Of a DNA stretch of 64,000 nt, positions 60,878-64,000 are shown in pieces (positions within the stretch are counted from its first letter, which is position 1; each line of letters opens with the position of its first letter). A program made the position numbers and the translations under genes. This DNA is from Promethearchaeota archaeon (lineage in GTDB: Archaea; Asgardarchaeota; Lokiarchaeia; Sigyniarchaeales; SOKP01), in assembly GCA_048937405.1 (NCBI GenBank), contig JBHLNF010000006.1:199819-263818 (forward strand), written 5' to 3'. The notes beneath the pieces are model-generated. The model searched no databases. It saw only the letters and a program-made list of their open reading frames with translations, and was not told the DNA's origin.

Positions 60878-63800
60878 TTAAAAAATATAGAATAATGTTG
60901 TAATCGATAGTAAAACGCCAGCTGCCAATAAAACCTTTTTTAGTTTGCCTTTTTCCTTTTTATTTAAATTTTGATAATATCGACTTCTTTTTAATTTTAG
61001 AGTTGTTGGAATTAATAAACCTATACCTAATGTTGAGAAAATAAAACCTGTAGGATTAGTTAAGATTTTTAGTTGCTTTTTAGGTTGATATTTTATAACA
61101 GTAATATCTTTATAATTAATATTTCCCAGATTATCCATTGAGTAAAATCGAATTGTTATTGTATCACCTATGGTCATATTATCCCAATAATGTTCCCATA
61201 TCTCATCATCAATTCTGCCTATCATTCCTGTAAATTCTATAGTGGTATTTTCCCCAACAATTGTATACCAACTAATACATATCCCACATATATCATAAAG
61301 TTCAAGTTCAAAAAAAGGAGCATTTCTATCTACCTTCTGATTTTCTTCTGGTAAAATTATGGTGATATTGGGGCCAATAGTATCTTTTATTAGGGATAAC
61401 TGAATTGAATTATTGAGATTACCTAAAATATCATCGGCAAAAAGTTCTAAAGTAAAAGTTCCTTCGGGTAAGTTATTCCATATAGAAGAGTCTAGAAATT
61501 GGGTTAAATTATCTGTTATGTATATTATTTCACCAGCAACTCTATACCAAACAGAATTTAAATTTGGCTCTATAATTGAAATATTTATAAATGGAGCTGA
61601 AGCAAAAAACTTCTGATCAAGAGGTTTATTAATTATGATACTTGGTGCATCTGGATCTTTTCTTAGGACGATTATGTCATATCCTATTTTTCCTACGGAA
61701 TTATTGATAAAAAATTTTATTGTAATCGATCCATATCCGTACTTATCCCATTCGGTCTGATTAATTATTCCATCTAATCCTTCAAATATATAAATCGTTA
61801 AACCATTATCTAAAGTATACCATGTTGCTTCAATTTCAGATCCAATTATACTTATTGTAAATGAAGGGGCATCAGTTCCAATTAATTTATCATTATCAGG
61901 TGAAATTATATTTATAACTGGAGAAATTGTATATTTTCTAACGGTAATATCAACAAATTCTAGATGACCTACAGTATCATTTGCATAGAATCTAATAGTT
62001 ACCGTTCCATTATAAAATTCTTGCCATGCTAATTGATCTATTATTCCCGTCCAATTTGTAAATGAAAAATTTTTAGGAATAAGAAGTCCAATTAAGGTAT
62101 ACCAAGTTGCATTTAAATTAGGTTCATTTATAGAAATATTAAAATTCGGAGCTATATTTCCAAAAAGTTCATTTGGCTCAGGTGAAATTATATTTATTTG
62201 AGGTTTGGTAAGATCTTTATATAAAGTGAGCAAAAGAGTAGTATTTTGACCGAAATTGTCAAAACATACAAATTCTATTTGGAAATATTGAGGTGACTCT
62301 GGTAATTGATTCCATATACCGTCATGTAAAAGCGCTTCACTATGGTTATACAATGGAATTGATGATGGGGAATAACCAATTACGGTATATACAAGAAAGG
62401 CGAAAGTATGATCAAAAACAGTGATATTGATTTTAGGACGTGATTTCCAGCAAGTATTATTAAGAGGAATATTAAATACTAAAACCGGATCTTCAGTATC
62501 TTTTTTCACATAAAAAGTATTATTTAAAATCTGAAAATTTCCCACCTCATCATAAACTCTAACAGATATGTAATTTATACCCTCTCTACACGCACTAAAA
62601 TCTATTAACCAGTTTGTTGTATAACTATATTGTCCAAGATTGTTAAAAATGTATGTCCATTCTTTTAAAATTGTACCCATTTGATTCGGTTCACTTGTAA
62701 TTATATATTGAGCATAACTTAGATTTGTACCTGATGATGAATCAGAAAAATCTACATCATATGTTGTACCACCAATATTTCGCCAAGTATCATCTCCGTC
62801 TTGGTAATCAGAAATTACAGGAATTGAATTATCTAAACACAAATATGTAATCGCATAATTTAAATAATTCACATTCCCTGCCGCGTCCACCAGCCATACA
62901 TATACCGAATGGTTTCCCTCTGAACCTACTTGTATTCCTGTAATCAATTCGATATCTGCCCCCGTGTTGTAAATTCCATCATCATTTGAAGTAGGCTGAA
63001 AATCAAGTTTATAATAGGCAGCAACAATACCTGAGAGATCTGAGGGATTAAACCAGAATAAAGTGAAATCATCATTATTCGTCCATGAAATTGGATCTGC
63101 TATTAAATCACTAGGAGCTAATGGTGCTACTACATCTTTTGTAACGATGACAAAATCAGAATATACATTCCCGGCAGAATCATTGACATAAAAAGTAATC
63201 TTGATATCGCCCTCTGGTACGCCTCCCCATCCCGTTAATGATCCATTACTCAGGAAGAAATGTTTTGTCGAAGTTGTATTGAAAATATACCATCTTTTAT
63301 CGATTATGTTATCATCCCAAATTTCCACCTCAAATTCTGGAACTGTATCATTATAATAACCACTAGTTGGGGATACTATCGTGATGGCGGGAGGGGTAAT
63401 GTCCTTTGTAATGATGACAAAATCAGAATATACATTCCCGGCAGAATCATTGACATAAAAAGTAATCTTAATATCGCCCTCTGGTACGCCTCCCCATCCC
63501 GTTAATGATCCATTACTCAGGAAGAAATGTTTTGTCGAAGTTGTATTGAAAGTATACCATCTTTTATCGATTATATTATTGTCCCAAATTTCTACCTCAA
63601 ATTTTGGAACTGTGGTATTATAATAACCACCTGTAGGTGAGATAATATTAAGAGTAGGAGGGGTAATATCCTTTGTAATGATGACAAAATCAGAATATAC
63701 ATTCCCGGCAGAATCATTGACATAAAAAGTAATCTTGATATCGCCCTCTGGTATGCCTCCCCATCCCGTTAATGATCCATTACTCAGGAAGAAATGTTTT

Positions 63801-64000
63801 GTCGAAGTTGTATTGAAAATATACCATCTTTTATCGATTATGTTATCATCCCAAATTTCCACCTCAAATTCTGGAACTGTATCATTATAATAACCACTAG
63901 TTGGGGATACTATCGTGATGGCGGGAGGGGTAATGTCCTTTGTAATGATGACAAAATCAGAATATACATTCCCGGCAGAATCATTGACATAAAAAGTAAT
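60878..64000 (-). CDS. Very large cell-surface protein with tandem Ig-like domains; 5' end beyond the window
   Basis: ~89-aa repeats (PxIxIISP...WY...W...ITFYVNDSAGN...KD) and a C-terminal double TM. The repeat continues to 64000, so the track's GTG at 63862 is internal. Confidence 0.88.
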   Translation of the reverse strand: MTFYVNDSAGNVYSDFVIITKDITPPAITIVSPTSGYYNDTVPEFEVEIWDDNIIDKRWYIFNTTSTKHFFLSNGSLTGWGGIPEGDIKITFYVNDSAGNVYSDFVIITKDITPPTLNIISPTGGYYNTTVPKFEVEIWDNNIIDKRWYTFNTTSTKHFFLSNGSLTGWGGVPEGDIKITFYVNDSAGNVYSDFVIITKDITPPAITIVSPTSGYYNDTVPEFEVEIWDDNIIDKRWYIFNTTSTKHFFLSNGSLTGWGGVPEGDIKITFYVNDSAGNVYSDFVIVTKDVVAPLAPSDLIADPISWTNNDDFTLFWFNPSDLSGIVAAYYKLDFQPTSNDDGIYNTGADIELITGIQVGSEGNHSVYVWLVDAAGNVNYLNYAITYLCLDNSIPVISDYQDGDDTWRNIGGTTYDVDFSDSSSGTNLSYAQYIITSEPNQMGTILKEWTYIFNNLGQYSYTTNWLIDFSACREGINYISVRVYDEVGNFQILNNTFYVKKDTEDPVLVFNIPLNNTCWKSRPKINITVFDHTFAFLVYTVIGYSPSSIPLYNHSEALLHDGIWNQLPESPQYFQIEFVCFDNFGQNTTLLLTLYKDLTKPQINIISPEPNELFGNIAPNFNISINEPNLNATWYTLIGLLIPKNFSFTNWTGIIDQLAWQEFYNGTVTIRFYANDTVGHLEFVDITVRKYTISPVINIISPDNDKLIGTDAPSFTISIIGSEIEATWYTLDNGLTIYIFEGLDGIINQTEWDKYGYGSITIKFFINNSVGKIGYDIIVLRKDPDAPSIIINKPLDQKFFASAPFINISIIEPNLNSVWYRVAGEIIYITDNLTQFLDSSIWNNLPEGTFTLELFADDILGNLNNSIQLSLIKDTIGPNITIILPEENQKVDRNAPFFELELYDICGICISWYTIVGENTTIEFTGMIGRIDDEIWEHYWDNMTIGDTITIRFYSMDNLGNINYKDITVIKYQPKKQLKILTNPTGFIFSTLGIGLLIPTTLKLKRSRYYQNLNKKEKGKLKKVLLAAGVLLSITTLFYIF
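63140..64000 (-). repeat. 267-bp near-identical intragenic tandem repeat (3+ copies, alternating A/B variants)
   Basis: CAAAATCAGAATATACATTCCCGGCAGAATC recurs at 63151, 63418, 63685 and 63952. Confidence 0.93.

Noticed and set aside
241-63505. Short antisense or overlapping ORFs (e.g. 241..429, 5438..5623, 12895..13293, 22099..22452, 27411..27731, 49228..49680, 50149..50523, 51006..51317, 63260..63505)
   Set aside because: They are shadows of well-supported genes, with no motifs and a composition typical of reverse or shifted frames.
63140-64000. Repeat array as CRISPR or mobile element
   Set aside because: The period is 267 bp and in frame within a CDS, with no unique spacers and no cas or transposase genes.

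Overview
A strongly AT-rich archaeal window that looks like Asgard (Lokiarchaeia-type) chromosome. The assignment rests on eukaryote-like small GTPases, IPGY-type C-terminal sorting signals, archaeal/eukaryotic uL16 (L10e) and a eukaryote-like SECIS. The ORF track breaks up the key locus, a minus-strand redox operon: hdrA(Sec)-mvhD(Sec)-frhB-like-frhB-like-hdrD/BC-like-hdrA2. Read by hand, hdrA (7670->5693) has four in-frame UGA codons at conserved Cys positions. It is also interrupted by a 34-nt frameshifting insertion (7347->7314) that folds into a canonical bulge-helix-bulge (BHB) motif. Cutting at the standard archaeal splicing-endonuclease positions restores the frame and the conserved REHCSW motif. 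This points to a tRNA-type (EndA/RtcB) intron in a selenoprotein mRNA and is the top finding. mvhD (5686->5225, not in the ORF track) has two Sec codons, and its own stop UGA is the AUGA core of a K-turn SECIS that appears to serve both genes. The window also holds a HEAT-repeat gene with a duplicated 3' end, Rag-like, Arf-like and MglA-like GTPases, and an unnamed beta-sandwich domain shared by two GTPase neighbours. Further along are a putative glyco/sulfolipid-modification cluster with two B12 radical-SAM enzymes, an isobutyryl-CoA-mutase-type system with MeaB, grpE/dnaK/dnaJ, several surface proteins (one with 267-bp near-identical repeats) and a few pseudogenes. No rRNA, tRNA, CRISPR or transposase was seen. 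All alignments and RNA folds were done by eye, and no databases were searched.
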